A stretch of 63,973 nt of DNA, the filler included, from Streblomastix strix (lineage: Eukaryota), in assembly GCA_008636045.1 (NCBI GenBank). It is 3 parts of 3 records of this genome, joined end to end, with 100 filler letters (N's around TTAATTAATTAA, not from the genome) between each part and the next. Parts side by side here need not be neighbours in the genome. Positions count along the whole stretch, not along the records: positions 43,524 to 63,973 come from SNRW01000431.1; 2 more parts are not named here. One strand, 5' to 3'. A program made the position numbers and the translations under genes. The notes under the pieces are model-generated. The model saw only the letters and a program-made list of their open reading frames with translations, was not told where the DNA came from and did not search any database. Shown one piece after another: positions 44,578 through 57,715 of this stretch. Numbering within the stretch: the stretch's first letter is position 1; every line of letters begins with the position of its first letter.

Positions 44578-45546
44578 TTGGGGATGTCAACCCAACCACC
44601 CAGAGCCTGATCGACCCACCCAGCCAAGAAAAATCGACCCAAAATAAAAAAAATAATAAAATCAAAAATTTTTATAATGTGCTTAATTCAAATTAAAAAT
44701 ATAATATTTATATTTTAAAATTAATATATAATATTAATATGTAAATTAATTTAGTCAAACTGAATTTTGTTTAAAAAAATAATTTTCTCAAAATTAGTAC
44801 GGGTCGTCATGGGTAAACTCTTTTTCGAGCCCAGTTAATTGTATTATTGAATATATTTATTATAATTATGTATAATTATATCATTTTCATATTTCTGTCT
44901 TAATCAATTTATGTATCATTATCTCACAGGTGTGCAATTCTTGTTACAATCCAAATTTGGCTTTAAAAAAAACGACCCGACCCAACCCGACCCAACTCAG
45001 TCTGGGTCATTCCAAATAAGAGTATTTACCACTGTTCTTCTACAAAATTAATTTTAATATATTTTATAAATATTTATTTTAGTAAAATAAAGATTCAAAT
45101 AAGCCTCTAATTGCACTTTGGGTAAAATTTTAATCTCAGCAGTGTGTCCCTCAGCAAGTATCTTTATCTTTAATTTTTATTTTATTTTTTAATTTTATAT
45201 ATTTATTAACTTATTTGAATAAATTACAATTACCATTATAATACTGTTTACATCAATCAAAATTATTTTTATTATTTGCTAATTCTTTTATGTATCACAT
45301 GTTTTATTTAATAATTTGCAAATTTAGTGATTATATATTTAATTTATTACTAAATTGCAACATATATACATATAATTTTAATTATTTGTTGATACTATTT
45401 AGATTTTATTAATTTTTTTTTCTTTTTGCAATTTTTCCAATGTAAGGTGAAATATTATTTTTGAAATATCATATATTTATTCTTACCCACAGAATTCTGA
45501 CCGACCCACCCAGCCAAAACCCTCTGGGTCAATTTGGCATCCCCAA
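44578..45546. mobile_element. Non-autonomous hAT-like element (969 bp)
   Basis: TIR TTGGGGATG(T/C)CAA at both ends, perfect 8-bp TSD GCCTTTTC (44570-44577 and 45547-45554), and internal GACCC/AACCC motifs. Confidence 0.9.
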
Positions 45547-45861
45547 GCCTTTTCCCATAATATATATCGGTTTTCTAAAATATTGTAAATATTTAAACAA
45601 TTAAATATGCCAAAACACCCATATTTTTTTTACCAGGTCTTGAGCATATTGAATAGTATATTGCATTTAATTTACTTGTGTTGTGGGGCGGACCCCAAAT
45701 TTTCATATTAACTTTTTTAGTTTCGCTCCTGAAGAGTATTTCGCATTTTCTGAAATGGTCAAACCAGGACCGATTTAGAAATGCCATTATTTTTACCCAA
45801 TATATCTATTATTCTTTATCTTTTATTTTTCATAATTATTAGTAAATCTCAATAATATTAG

Positions 45862-46370
45862 TTTCAGTTTATTCAAAATTATTCTTTTATAGTTCATCAT
45901 ATCGTTAATGTATTCAAAATTTGAAGGAAAACTGATTTATTAACTTCGAGATAGTTATATTGCCCCTATTAATAATAAATGCAAATTGGATTATGTTAAT
46001 TGAGGTTATTATATATTATATAGATTTATATTATAATTATAAATTAAAAATAATTTCTATTAATAACTTTCTTTTTCAATTTTATTATTCATTAGCTTAG
46101 TTCAAAGTTCATCATTTCAATATTTTCCAAATTATTCTTTTTGTTCTTAATATCTTGAATATATTCAGAATTTGAAAGAAAGCTATTTTATTTATTTCAA
46201 GATAGTTATATTGACTTTATTAATGATCAATACCAATTGAATTATGTTAATAGAAAATATTATACAAATTGTAGATATTTATATGAATTAAAATTTAAAT
46301 TAATTTCTATTAATATCTTTCTTTTTCTATTTATTATTCATTAGTTTAATTCAAAGTTCATTATTTCAAA
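45862..46370 (+). repeat. Diverged ~250-bp tandem duplication
   Basis: Blocks such as GATAGTTATATTG, AATTTCTATTAATA and TTCAAAGTTCAT recur ~250 bp apart. Confidence 0.7.
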
Positions 46371-47129
46371 AAATTCAAAACGTCTTCAATTAACTTATAT
46401 CATAACTGTATTATAGATGAAAAGATAAATATATCATTATTCAACGGGTTTTTGATTCAAAGCAACTTTTTCTAATCTAAAATTGTTAAAAAATACGTAA
46501 ATAAGTACTTTTTAATATTAATTGTAAAATATTTATGTTGATTCAATAAAAATTATGTAAGAATTTGATATAAATATAATTAAAATAATAAAAAAATTAT
46601 TATTTAAATTCAAAACTAATTTTGTGAATTAACAGTTGTGAAAACGGATTTTTAAAATATTATTTGATGATTTTTTTTCACTATTTGCTTGTAATTTACT
46701 TGAAATAAAAATATGAAATATTTAAAATTTATTTATATTAAATTTATCAAAAATAATTTTATTTGATATTAATTAAATTTTTTTTTAATTTTTCGAACAA
46801 CGCATTTTCGTAACATGTTGCGCTAATTAAATTTTTTATTTTTAAATCATAAAGTGCGAATATTATGGTGCTATATCTGGTTTCGTACCCCCCTTTATAG
46901 AATTTTTTTCATGCAAATATAGCGATTTTGGCTTTAAAAAGCCGATATTTTGTAGGCACCAATTTTTTCCAAATTATAAAAACAAAAAATAGGGGCTCAA
47001 TTCAAACAATTTATTCTAATTATCAAAAAAAGTTTCTGTCTGCGAGCACCAATCAGTTTCGGATTTTAAAGAATATAGGATAAAATAAAATATCAAATTT
47101 TTTTTATTGTTGCAGATATGAATAATAAT

Positions 47130-47998
47130 TTATTAAATATATTTTAATGTTTATATATATTATGTTTATATAATTTTAAATTTTAAATATAATTTCAATA
47201 AAAAAAATTTTTTTCTAAAAATTAGTACGGGTCGTCATGGGTAAACTCTTTTTCGCGCCCAGTTAATTGTATTATTGACTATGTTTATTATAATTTTGTG
47301 TAGTTATATCAATGTCATATTTCTGTCTTAAACATTTTATGTATTATTATTTCACAGTTGTGCAATTCATACAATAATCAAAATTTACCTTTAAAATAGC
47401 GACCCAAACCAATCCAACACAACAAGACCCAACCCAACCCGATCCAACCCAGTCTTAGTAATTCTAAATAAGAGTATTAATCACAGTTCTTCTACAAAAT
47501 TTATTTTAATACATTTTTTTTAATATATATTTTAGTAAAATATTGATTTAAATAAGCCTCTACTAGCATTTTAGGTAAAATTTTAATATCATCAGTGTGT
47601 CTCTCAGCCAATATCTTCAACTTTAATTTTTAAACGATATTTTAAGTTTATTTATTTTTTAACTCATTTGAATAAATTATAATTACCATTATGATACTGT
47701 TTGCATCAAACAAAATTATTTTTATAATTTGTCAATTCTTTCCTGTATCACAAGTTTTGTTTAAAAATTATCAAATTTAATGATTTAATATTTTTAATTT
47801 ATTACTAAATTACAACATATATACATTTAATTCTAATAATTTGTTGATGCTATTTAGATTTTATTATTTTATTTTCTATTTCCAATTTTTCCAACATAAA
47901 GTAAAATTTTTTTTGAAATATCATATATTTAATTTTACCCACAGAACTCTGATCGACCCACCCAGCCAAAACCCTCTGGGTCAATTTGGCTTCCCCAA
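47130..47998. mobile_element. Second, left-truncated copy of the hAT-like element
   Basis: Colinear with ~44700-45546 (ATTAGTACGGGTCGTCATGGGTAAACTC ... CCCTCTGGGTCAATTTGGCTTCCCCAA). The left TIR is absent and the left boundary is approximate. Confidence 0.85.
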
Positions 47999-49162
47999 AT
48001 TTTAAGCAATATTTTTATATTATTTTTTTATTAGATCAATAACAATTATTTCAACATATTATTGAAATGATTAGTCATTTTCCCTCATTATAGCAAATGA
48101 AAATTTCTAGGAGTAGAGCTGTTAAAATTCGCCATTTTCGTTCGCAGAGGCAATTTTCTATTACGAAACTCATCAAAAATTGTTTTAAAAAATATAAAAA
48201 AAATAAAAAAATTATAACTAAATATTCCAAAAGAGTCATCTCAAGAATCATTTAGCATGCATTGCTTTATTTTTGGTATATATTTTATATTCATAATTGG
48301 TTTTAAATATCAAACTTTATTAGAAAAAATCATAATGCTCTTAATAACTCTAATCTTTTAAATTTAAAAGTAATTGAAAACAAACTTAGAAAATAATATT
48401 TTTGATAGAAAAAAATTTATTGAATAAGATGAACATATGAATGATAACATTTGAAAATAAGAAAATGTATTGAAAAGATAAAAAATCATTTATATAAATT
48501 TTGATCTATCGAAATATAGATTTATTATTTTAGCTATTATTGGTCAAATGCACTCTTATTAATTTTAATTAATAAATCTTTAAATATTAATTAATTTCAT
48601 TTAGTGATAGAGAATATAAATTGAAGCATATATATTGTATTGAATGTTAAAAATTATACATTGTATGTTTTTATTGGGTTGAAAATTTGTAATTTTAATG
48701 AATTTAATGCGAAATTTTTAAATATTTGGATTTTAAATTTTTGAATTGAGTAATTTCTATTAAATAATTGGGAACGGCTTGAGATGGCTTTATTAGACAC
48801 TTATAGAAAATAATTGCAAATATTTGCACGAGCTTTTTCTCTCTAATAACAATAGTATATTTATATTAAATAAATTAAAAATAATATAAATATGTCATGT
48901 TATGACCTTAATACTTTATTTCACAAATACTACGACTTATTGCTATTTTAACGCCGAAAGAAATATTTTTTTTTTAAAAAGGTACGCTCAGCCAGCGTCT
49001 AACCGTAAATTTTACGGAAAAACTTTAATAATTAAATAAAATTATTTTTTTTTAAATTTGTCATTATTTGCAAGTTTAGATTGCAGTAATAATGCAATTA
49101 AATTGGAAAATGCGATTATTCTTTTTATTTTTAATATTTATTTTATTAATTTATTCAGAAAT

Positions 49163-52100
49163 ATGAAATCGTCGAGTTCACATCATTCTGGATCAAGTAC
49201 TTCAGCAACATAGATTAATATTGTACAAGTTAAAGAATAAATTGATAAGACAAAAGGAAAAGAAAAATTAATAATGAAAGAATCCGAAATAAGGAAGGAT
49301 AAATTGAAAGAGGAATAAAAATATAAAGCAAAAGTTAGAGAAAAAGAATAAGAGAATCCAAATTTGAAAAAGAAGGATAAATTGAAAGAGGAATAAAAAT
49401 ATAAAGCAAAAGTTAGAGAAAAAGAATAAGAGAATCCAAATTTGAAAAAGAAGGATAAATTGATGAAGATGGAGAATGATAAAGAAAAGGATATTTCATC
49501 AAAATCAGGGTTTGAATTATTCATTAATAAATAAAAATTGAACTAATTTAATACGTTCACATTATTTCTTAATTTTGAACTATCTTAGATGTCTATGCAC
49601 CATCAACAGAAATATTGATATTCAATATTTTAAATAAAAAGCATGTTTGCCCATAAATTATTGCAAATTTCAATTTAACAATAATCTTTCTTTTTTCTAT
49701 TTTAAGATGAATGCTTAACATGTAAATTAGAAGATGAATCTTATGTGTGTAAAAATTGTGCTGAAACATGCCATCGTGGTCATAATTTGAAACCGATGGG
49801 AATATTAGATATTTACTGTGATTGTCCATTCGAGTGTCCAGGTTGTTAATGTGTGAATACAATATGTGAAGGAAGAAAGAAAATGAATATATACCAACCA
49901 CTTTGCAAATGCATAACATGCAATTTGAATTATATATGTTTGGCATGCATTATTAAATGTCATAAAGATCATAAGATAAAATATATGGAAAATTTAATGT
50001 TTGCATGTAAATGCGGAAGTAGAAGTGAATAGCAATGCCTTATTCCATGTTCTGATCTTACTATTGAATCAGAAGAATCAGATATTGAAAAAAATGCAGC
50101 ATAAAATTAAGAAGCTGATCAACAACTTAAAATAGAATTGTATGCAAAATTTCATATTTCATTTTTTAAAAACATTCAATATATTTTTAATAGAATCAAT
50201 TCAGAGTTAGTTGAACCAAAGTATTAAGATTGTATGATTTATTATCATAAATATTTTGATTTGATATTTACATATTCAATCTTATCATAGTCGAGATTGT
50301 GAAGAAGTTATTTGGTGGAGCGATGGGAAACACTTTTCTTGTGATGTTGAAGTTAACTAGTGTGTTATATGTGATGAAAAGAGGTTTGAAATGAAGATTT
50401 ATTCCACAAAAATTTTAAATTATGTTAATTTTTATTATTAGTTGATTATTTGGATGAAGGAGACAAGAAACTTGCTGATGAAGAAGTTGAATAAATGCGT
50501 CGTCTTTCCTCAAAATTCACAGTTTTAATTAATTACTAAAAATTTAACTTGCCATATAAATCATATTAATAAATAAACTTATTTTTGCTAGGTTCGTTTG
50601 ATGTGGACCTTTGTTGATAGGACAGACTTGTATCTGATTAGTGAGTACTGTTCGCGTGGTGACCTCAGAAAGCACATTGCAGAACTTCAATGTCTTCCAG
50701 AAGAAGAACGGCTGAATGTATTCATATTATTTTGCTTAAAAATATAATGTTAATATATCTATTAATTTCAATTAGCATGTGTATGAGTTGTTTACTCAGA
50801 TTATACTTTCTTTGAACTTCATGCATTCAAAAGGAATAATTCACCGGTTTGCTGAATGTATTTATATTCAACAATTTAATTCATATTTAAAATGCTAATT
50901 AATTTATAAAACAATGATATTTTCAGGGATATCAAACCCGAAAACATATTTTTGATGGAAGATGGATCTGTGAGATTGGGTTTAATACTTTTTATATTTA
51001 TTAAATGAATTATTATAAATATATATCTAATAGGAGATTTTGGCTTATCTAAGTTTCTGAATAAGGCAAACTACGCTACAATTGCAGGGACTAAGTATAA
51101 TAAACTTTTTTAACAATTTAATATAACTTTTTATATTTCTATTTATTATATGATCCCTTATAATATCAAAACAGATACTATTTCGCTCCTGAAGTCTTTT
51201 TGCAAAAGAAGCATGTTTTATAGATCAAAACTTATTATATTAAAATATAATTTTTTATTTTTATATATTAGAATGTTTTTTTAGACGGATGTTTATTCGT
51301 GTGGTATAGTATTCTGTGAGATTTTATTGGGTTTTCATCCTTTGCTTGCTGAAAATGAAAAAGCTACAATTGATAATATAATAAATGGAAAAATTGTTGA
51401 GCTTCCAAATTGGGTTCCTACTGAAATTAAGGAGCTGGTAATGAATATGATGAATGTTGTATGTAATAAAAATAAATAATAATTATTTTTTATTTAATTT
51501 ATTTTTCAAGCATTTTTATTTAATTTTATGTTTATACCTATTTGTTTAATTATAATCTTCAGGATTACAGCAAACGCCCAACAACATAAGCATTGATGAA
51601 AGAACAAATAATAAAACAGAATATTGAATTGCTTGAGATATAATTAAAAAAGAAAGAAGAAGAATTGAAGAAGAAATAACGTACCACAGAAGTATCTGCT
51701 ATAAATCCTGAACTTGTATCATATCAATAAATAAAAGAACTCAGTAATTACATAGAATATCTTCAAAAATCTGAGTTAACGGATGAGGAAAATTTCAATA
51801 AGCTTCCAGAATAATTAATGATTAATACATTTCAGAAGCTTTCAGATTGTTTATACGCTGCTCGTTCAATATAAACTGTGAAAGGATAAAAAATTTCTGG
51901 AAAGTTAAAATAAATTACAAATAAACTTGCAAATGACACTTTTAAATCAATAACTCTTATTGTTAATAATTAAGAACATGCAGAGATTTGCTTCTAGACT
52001 AGAATCGTTGTTGAATTGATGGATTACATCAGACGAACACCAATTAACAAGATTTCAATTGATCCAATTAATGCATTATATGAAATAAATTTGTATGGGT

Positions 52101-54596
52101 CCGTTGAGCATGCATATAAACTTTTTGAAATGGAACCTTTTAAGATTTTGATACCAATTCTCAAGTCTTAAGATGATTATATATAATAGTCTATTCTTGA
52201 TTTTTTTGTTAAAATCATTCGAAAAGGTTGGAAATATAGAAATTTATAATCTATTTAATCAAAAACTTAATCAATATCACCATTTACTTCTATTAATTCA
52301 AAAACTTCTTCATTTCCAACACTTTCATCAAATTTACAACAACTTCTTCTAATATATGAACATCCATATACGTAAATACTTGAGGCTTAAGGAGTGATTA
52401 AATGTATTATAGAAGATATATTGATGAATAAGAAAGTTTAATATGAAACTAAATCATTTGGATATGATTTTCTTGATGTTCTTTATTATGAAGGAGCTAA
52501 ACTACCGTCTAATGTTCAGTAATAATTAATTTCTGATCTTTGCGAGTAAGCACAAGCATTTTATAAATTTGAAATAAAAGAAGATGATGAAGAGGATGAG
52601 TAAGACACTGATTGATATTATGCATTGGATTCTCTTTCTCGTTTATCAACGAATAAAGGTATCAATATATAATTAATGAATAAAACTTGTTTTCTGATAA
52701 TAATATTTAAAATAATTATTCATAATTTTTATTAAGACAATCATGAAGCTATTATTGGAGAAGATTTTATTGAATCTGCATCGGATTTCTTCTAGTTTGC
52801 AAGATATTAATATTAAAAATAATAAAAATTTTTTATTCACTACTATTATTTTCCAATATTATTATTATTATTTTCTAATATTTTTATGATTTAAAATTTA
52901 GAAAAATTGATTAATAAATGATATTTGATATTACCTGAATCTAATATTTATTTAATATTCTTAAAAATTTGTTTGTTTATGGGAATATTATGACAAAGAA
53001 ACTTATTCGTCAAATAATTTCACAGGAAATAATAGAGAAAATGAAGAAAAATTATATTTGTGAAGAATTAGCCATTGTTCTTGAAACTTCATTTGTTGAT
53101 CCGCAGACAGTAGATTTTTTGATTAGATTATAAAGAACAGCTGAGAGGAAAGGATAGAAAGAATAAGTTGAATTAATTAAAGAAGGATTGATGTAGATGC
53201 TTAGCCAAGAAATAGAGAAAGCAACATAGAAAAATGTTAAGGATGGAGTCATTTATCTTGTTGGAGACATCGTATTAGAATTATCTGATAATAATCCAGA
53301 AGCATGTAAAATGATAATTTAAGAAACTGATTTCATTGATAAGTATATTTCTTATCTCAATTCTCTTTCAAAGTCGCAAATCAAGAATTGGCACGGCTAT
53401 TATTTTACCACTCTCTCTGATAATCTTCCTTCTGAGGATTAGAATCTTTTATTTGAAAAAGGAGTAATATAAACAATCGTAAATTTAGACTTTAAAGATA
53501 AAGAATGTTCATTGGAATATTTTAAAATAGAATCATCAATAATTGAGGCTGAAAATTAAAGATTGAAAGATGGCGAATAACATCCATACATGAAATAATT
53601 ATCAGAAGATGGAACATTAACCAAAATCTTGTAAGCATTTATAAATGAAAAAAATGAAGATAAACAAAGGATTTTAATGAATTCACTTGGATCGCTTTAC
53701 AAAGCTGCACCTCTTCCTATTGATACATAGAAATTAATCATTGATTTTCTAAGAAAAGAAAAAAAATTTGAAATAATGTCGTATCTCGCTGAGTGCCCAT
53801 GTATTAATTAATTAATTTTTTTAATCATTCATTATCATAATCTTTTTTTATATATGAAATTTAAGCTAATCACGATACAATCTTGATGAATGATTATGAA
53901 TAAAAGTTTTTCTAAAAGAGTTTAACTGAAATGCATTCCATTCGTATCATTTATTCAATAATTAAATATGGAAATGAAATAAATAAGAAGAAGGTTTCAG
54001 CTGCAGTTAAAGAAGAAGTATTGAAATTAAATGATGAGAAGAACATTGAAAAATTAACAAATAAATATCATTGGGATGAAAAAGAGAAATAAGAAATTGA
54101 ATATAAAACATAAGAAATATTAAAGAAAATAAATGAAAGTTCTGGAGTTGACTAAATATCAAAAGTTTCAAGTAAGAAAATTGAATCAAAAATGTAAGAA
54201 TAGCATAAGGACTAATAACAATTAAATGATCAGATGAAAAGTTAGGAAAAGTAGAAGATGAATGAAAAATTTAAGAAAAAATATAGTGTTAAAGAAACAA
54301 ACAGTAAGAAAACAATTAAAAATGATAAACTAAAGGGAAAAAAGAAAGAAAATATTAAATAGAATGATAATGATAAAACAAAATAAATATCTGCAGAACA
54401 TTCTTCATTCACACCAAACTCATCTTCAAAATCGCAATCAAGAAACACTTTCTCTTCCTCATCCCAATCTTCAGCCATTTATTGTCCATCTTATTCATCT
54501 AAACAATAAATGGCATCTTCCACTTCAAAATCTGCACATTCATAGAATGATCAAAAAAAGATTCTTTCAAAAGGAAAAGGAAAAGTTATAAAATGA
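49163..54596 (+). CDS. Multi-exon NEK-like Ser/Thr kinase with two N-terminal UBR-box-like zinc fingers and C-terminal ARM-like repeats
   Basis: Kinase motifs GGAMG, YVMK, EYCSRGDL, IIHR/DIKPEN, DFGLSK, YFAPE, DVYSCG and KRPT. Zinc fingers CLTC..VCKNCAETCHRGH..YCDC and CITC..ICLACIIKCHKDH..FACKCG. An in-frame TGA lies at 52613-52615. Confidence 0.85.
49294..49462 (+). repeat. 78-bp coding tandem duplication (26 aa, E/K-rich)
   Basis: GAAGGATAAATTGAAAGAGGAATAAAAATATAAAGC... occurs twice, plus a partial third copy. Confidence 0.85.
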
Positions 54597-54699
54597 GTGT
54601 TTACATGAGTGTTTTTAATTTATACTTGTTTAAATTTATTAATATATTATTATATTCAACAATTTTAATATATAAATATTTTTTTAGATTGAATATAAT

Positions 54700-56400
54700 A
54701 TTGATTTTGATGTAAATTTTTCCTTCATTGATTTATTATTGTTCTTCTTTTCTTTTCGCTAAGTATTATTCAAGTCTTGCGAGACCTGAACAATACTTGC
54801 AGAATGCTTCACTCCAGTTCTGGACTATAGTTTTTTGCTGTTTTATCGAATTTTAAACTTTTAGTACAATTTGTAAATAGTTCTTCACCACATTTGTTCT
54901 TTCTAGCAAGAAAGTCACTAGGCACCAAATTGACAATTTAAATTCCGTCTTCTTCATTTTGAACCTATTAGTAGGATCTTCACACATTTACCCAAATTTT
55001 CCGTCTTATTGCACATTTTAGTCAGATTTGGCCACCAATATTATGATTCCCATATGGATGCTGCAACTATTGAATCAGCATGATCCACAGCTATCTTCCC
55101 ATTTATAATTGTTTATTGAGAAAAATCGAATTATTTTTAGCAATTCGTTGATAATCTCTTCGTATGAATTATATTAGCCTGAAGTCAGTTTTTCCTTAAT
55201 ATCCATCAGTTCAAAATCTTCTTTAATGTTAATTTCTGGAATTTCAATTAGTTTTACATCAATTATCTACGTAAAAATACTTGTTGTATCGGAATTTTCA
55301 ACCGATTTTTCAATCGATTTTTCCTCTTTAATTAATGTTGGTAAAATTTTTCTTTAGAATATTTTTTTAATTGGTATTTTTTACCAAAACTGCTTATTCC
55401 TTTTGATATCAATTGAGCAGCTTCACTTACTTTATCATAAAGTTTGTTCATGAAATCTTCATCTGCATCAGATATCTTCCTAAAGGAACTAATGGAAAGA
55501 AATAACCTAAATGTGGTCGTTTCACTTTAACTTTTGTCTGCAACGTAATTTTCAACTACCAATTTATCAAGTCCATTTATTAGAATCTTAGCTTATTCCT
55601 TAACTAAACCAATTTTTTCATCATTTTCTTAAGATTTTTCATGAACTTTTCATTTATATTTAATAATATTGATATAAAACCTAATGCATCAAAAACATCT
55701 TATAAATTCCATAAATGTTTTTTTTAAACATATCATTTAAATCTATATAATTAAGTATTTCCCCCAATCATCTGGATCTGGATAAGCAAAAGCGAACACG
55801 TCAACAGCATATTTTTCATTAGATATTCTCACAACCATTGAGTTACTATCTAAACATAGTCTATCTATGTCATAATATATATGTAATCCACCGTGTGCCG
55901 TTTAAACCAAACCAAAATTTAACTTCGAATCTTCAATTTACTTTAAGATTTCTTCTCTTATTGCAGTTCTCTCTGAATTTTCCAATTTTTTTGAATTTTC
56001 GTTATCTAAATCCCATTCTCTTTAAATCTAAATGGAGTTTTATCAACTTTATTGTGATTATAAAACAGAGTGTTTTGATTGACGCATTCTTCAATGGTTA
56101 ACTTAATATGATACAATTAGTCTTAGTAATTTATATTAAAATCTTCGTTCATCATACGTTATTTAATCTGTTTAGCTATTTTTAGCGTTGCCAAGCTTAT
56201 CGAGTTCGGCTCTTAATCTAGAACCAATTCTCTCAAATATGAACTTATCCTCCTTCGTTATTAATCGAAAATGATTATCTTAATTTTTCATGTCAGTTTC
56301 AGCTTCCTGGCATCTTTTCAATATATTGGCTAAGTGAAGCATTTCCTTTTTCTCTTCCTCCTCGTTATCATATACCGCAGTCTCTTAAGTTTTTTAATAA
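54700..56400 (-). pseudogene. Degraded ORF of unknown, possibly mobile-element, origin
   Basis: Long code-6 coding-like stretches with stops, including DSCGSC*FNS. No family could be assigned. Confidence 0.3.
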
Positions 56401-56499
56401 CCAAAACCTCAAAAAAAAGAACATAACGGAAAAAACATCGTCCTCCGCGAGTTATTATCGAAGAATTATCATCAAATTAACTTTAAAAACAGCTTAAAA

Positions 56500-57715
56500 A
56501 AATAATGAAAATAATATGTAACGCTGTTTCCAATGGAGATCACTGTAAAATATTCCACCAAACAAGCAAAATAAACCAGAAAACAACAACATAAAGCTAC
56601 CTAAGCCAAATTGCCAAATATAAAACAAAAATAAACAGAAAATAAACTAAAATATCAGCGTGGGAATGAGTTCAGGGATCTTGAACAACAATTGAACTAA
56701 GAATTTTCTATAGAAATGACGGAATATGAATAAAAATATAGTCGTTTGTAACGATTTGAGCAAGGATTGAATCCAGCAGAAAGAGAAATTCTACGGAAAA
56801 TCAGAAGAGAAATCCTTGAAATAAATCGTTTATTTGATGATATAGGCTTTAATGATTTAAATTATGATAATCATGAATTCATTCTTTTTTCAAAACTTCG
56901 GTATTTTGATTCAATTGCTTTAGCAATCACTGTTGCAAGAGCTGATTGTTTTGGTTATAAAGTACGTTTTGATGGGAAAAGTAATTTTATTTCTGTGATA
57001 ATATAATTCTTTAACAATATAATCGCTTCGCGTGAAGACTGTGACGCATTTGTCGAATAAGCATTTCAGCATGAAAACTGAATATTTTTAAGTGTGCTTT
57101 TGATTTCGGTGTAGCAGTTCAACGAAGTGAATATATCGATGAGGCTAAACAAAGATAGTAATCACATGAACATAAAAATGAATATAATTATAGTTTTACT
57201 GATGAATCTCAAAAAAAAATAATTAGTTATAGAACATTGTAATATTTGTTAAACTAGATTCACTAATAAAAATAAGCCAACTCACGATTTAATCTATAAT
57301 GAAAAATCTCACACAAAAACAAACATAAAACATTGTTGTTTATATTGTAATAGGTATATGTCAAATAAAGAAAAAAAAATCGCAAGATTAATGATATGAT
57401 TACGTAAATTTTGCTAATAATGCAGTTTTTCAATGACTATTACTGATTAAAATGTCAATGGTTTATAATGTAAAGATATGGTTGGTGGTAATTCATTTGT
57501 CATGCATAGAGAAAACATTGCTGGCAAAACCCAAACTAATAAATTTAAGAAAATAAATCAGTAAATAAGTTCAGGTGGAACCCTCAGAATTTCTTCAAAA
57601 GATCATTCTCACATAATAAATGATATATTTTATCTTGCTTTCAATAGTTTTATGCTTCTTGTATGAGTTCTTAGCAGCCTCCGTAAATTTCCTACACAAA
57701 TCACAGAATAAATTA
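56500..57715 (+). pseudogene. Internally deleted pPolB remnant
   Basis: CKTRFTNKNKPT and HTKTNIKHCCLYCN (HNH-like insert), DMVGGNSFVMHRENIAGKT, and YLAFNS.. (degenerate motif A), in the same order as in 12649-17714. Confidence 0.75.

Noticed and set aside
55050..55110. DSCGSC*FNS resembling a cysteine-protease active site
   Set aside because: Single short degraded motif with no supporting His/Asn motifs identified.
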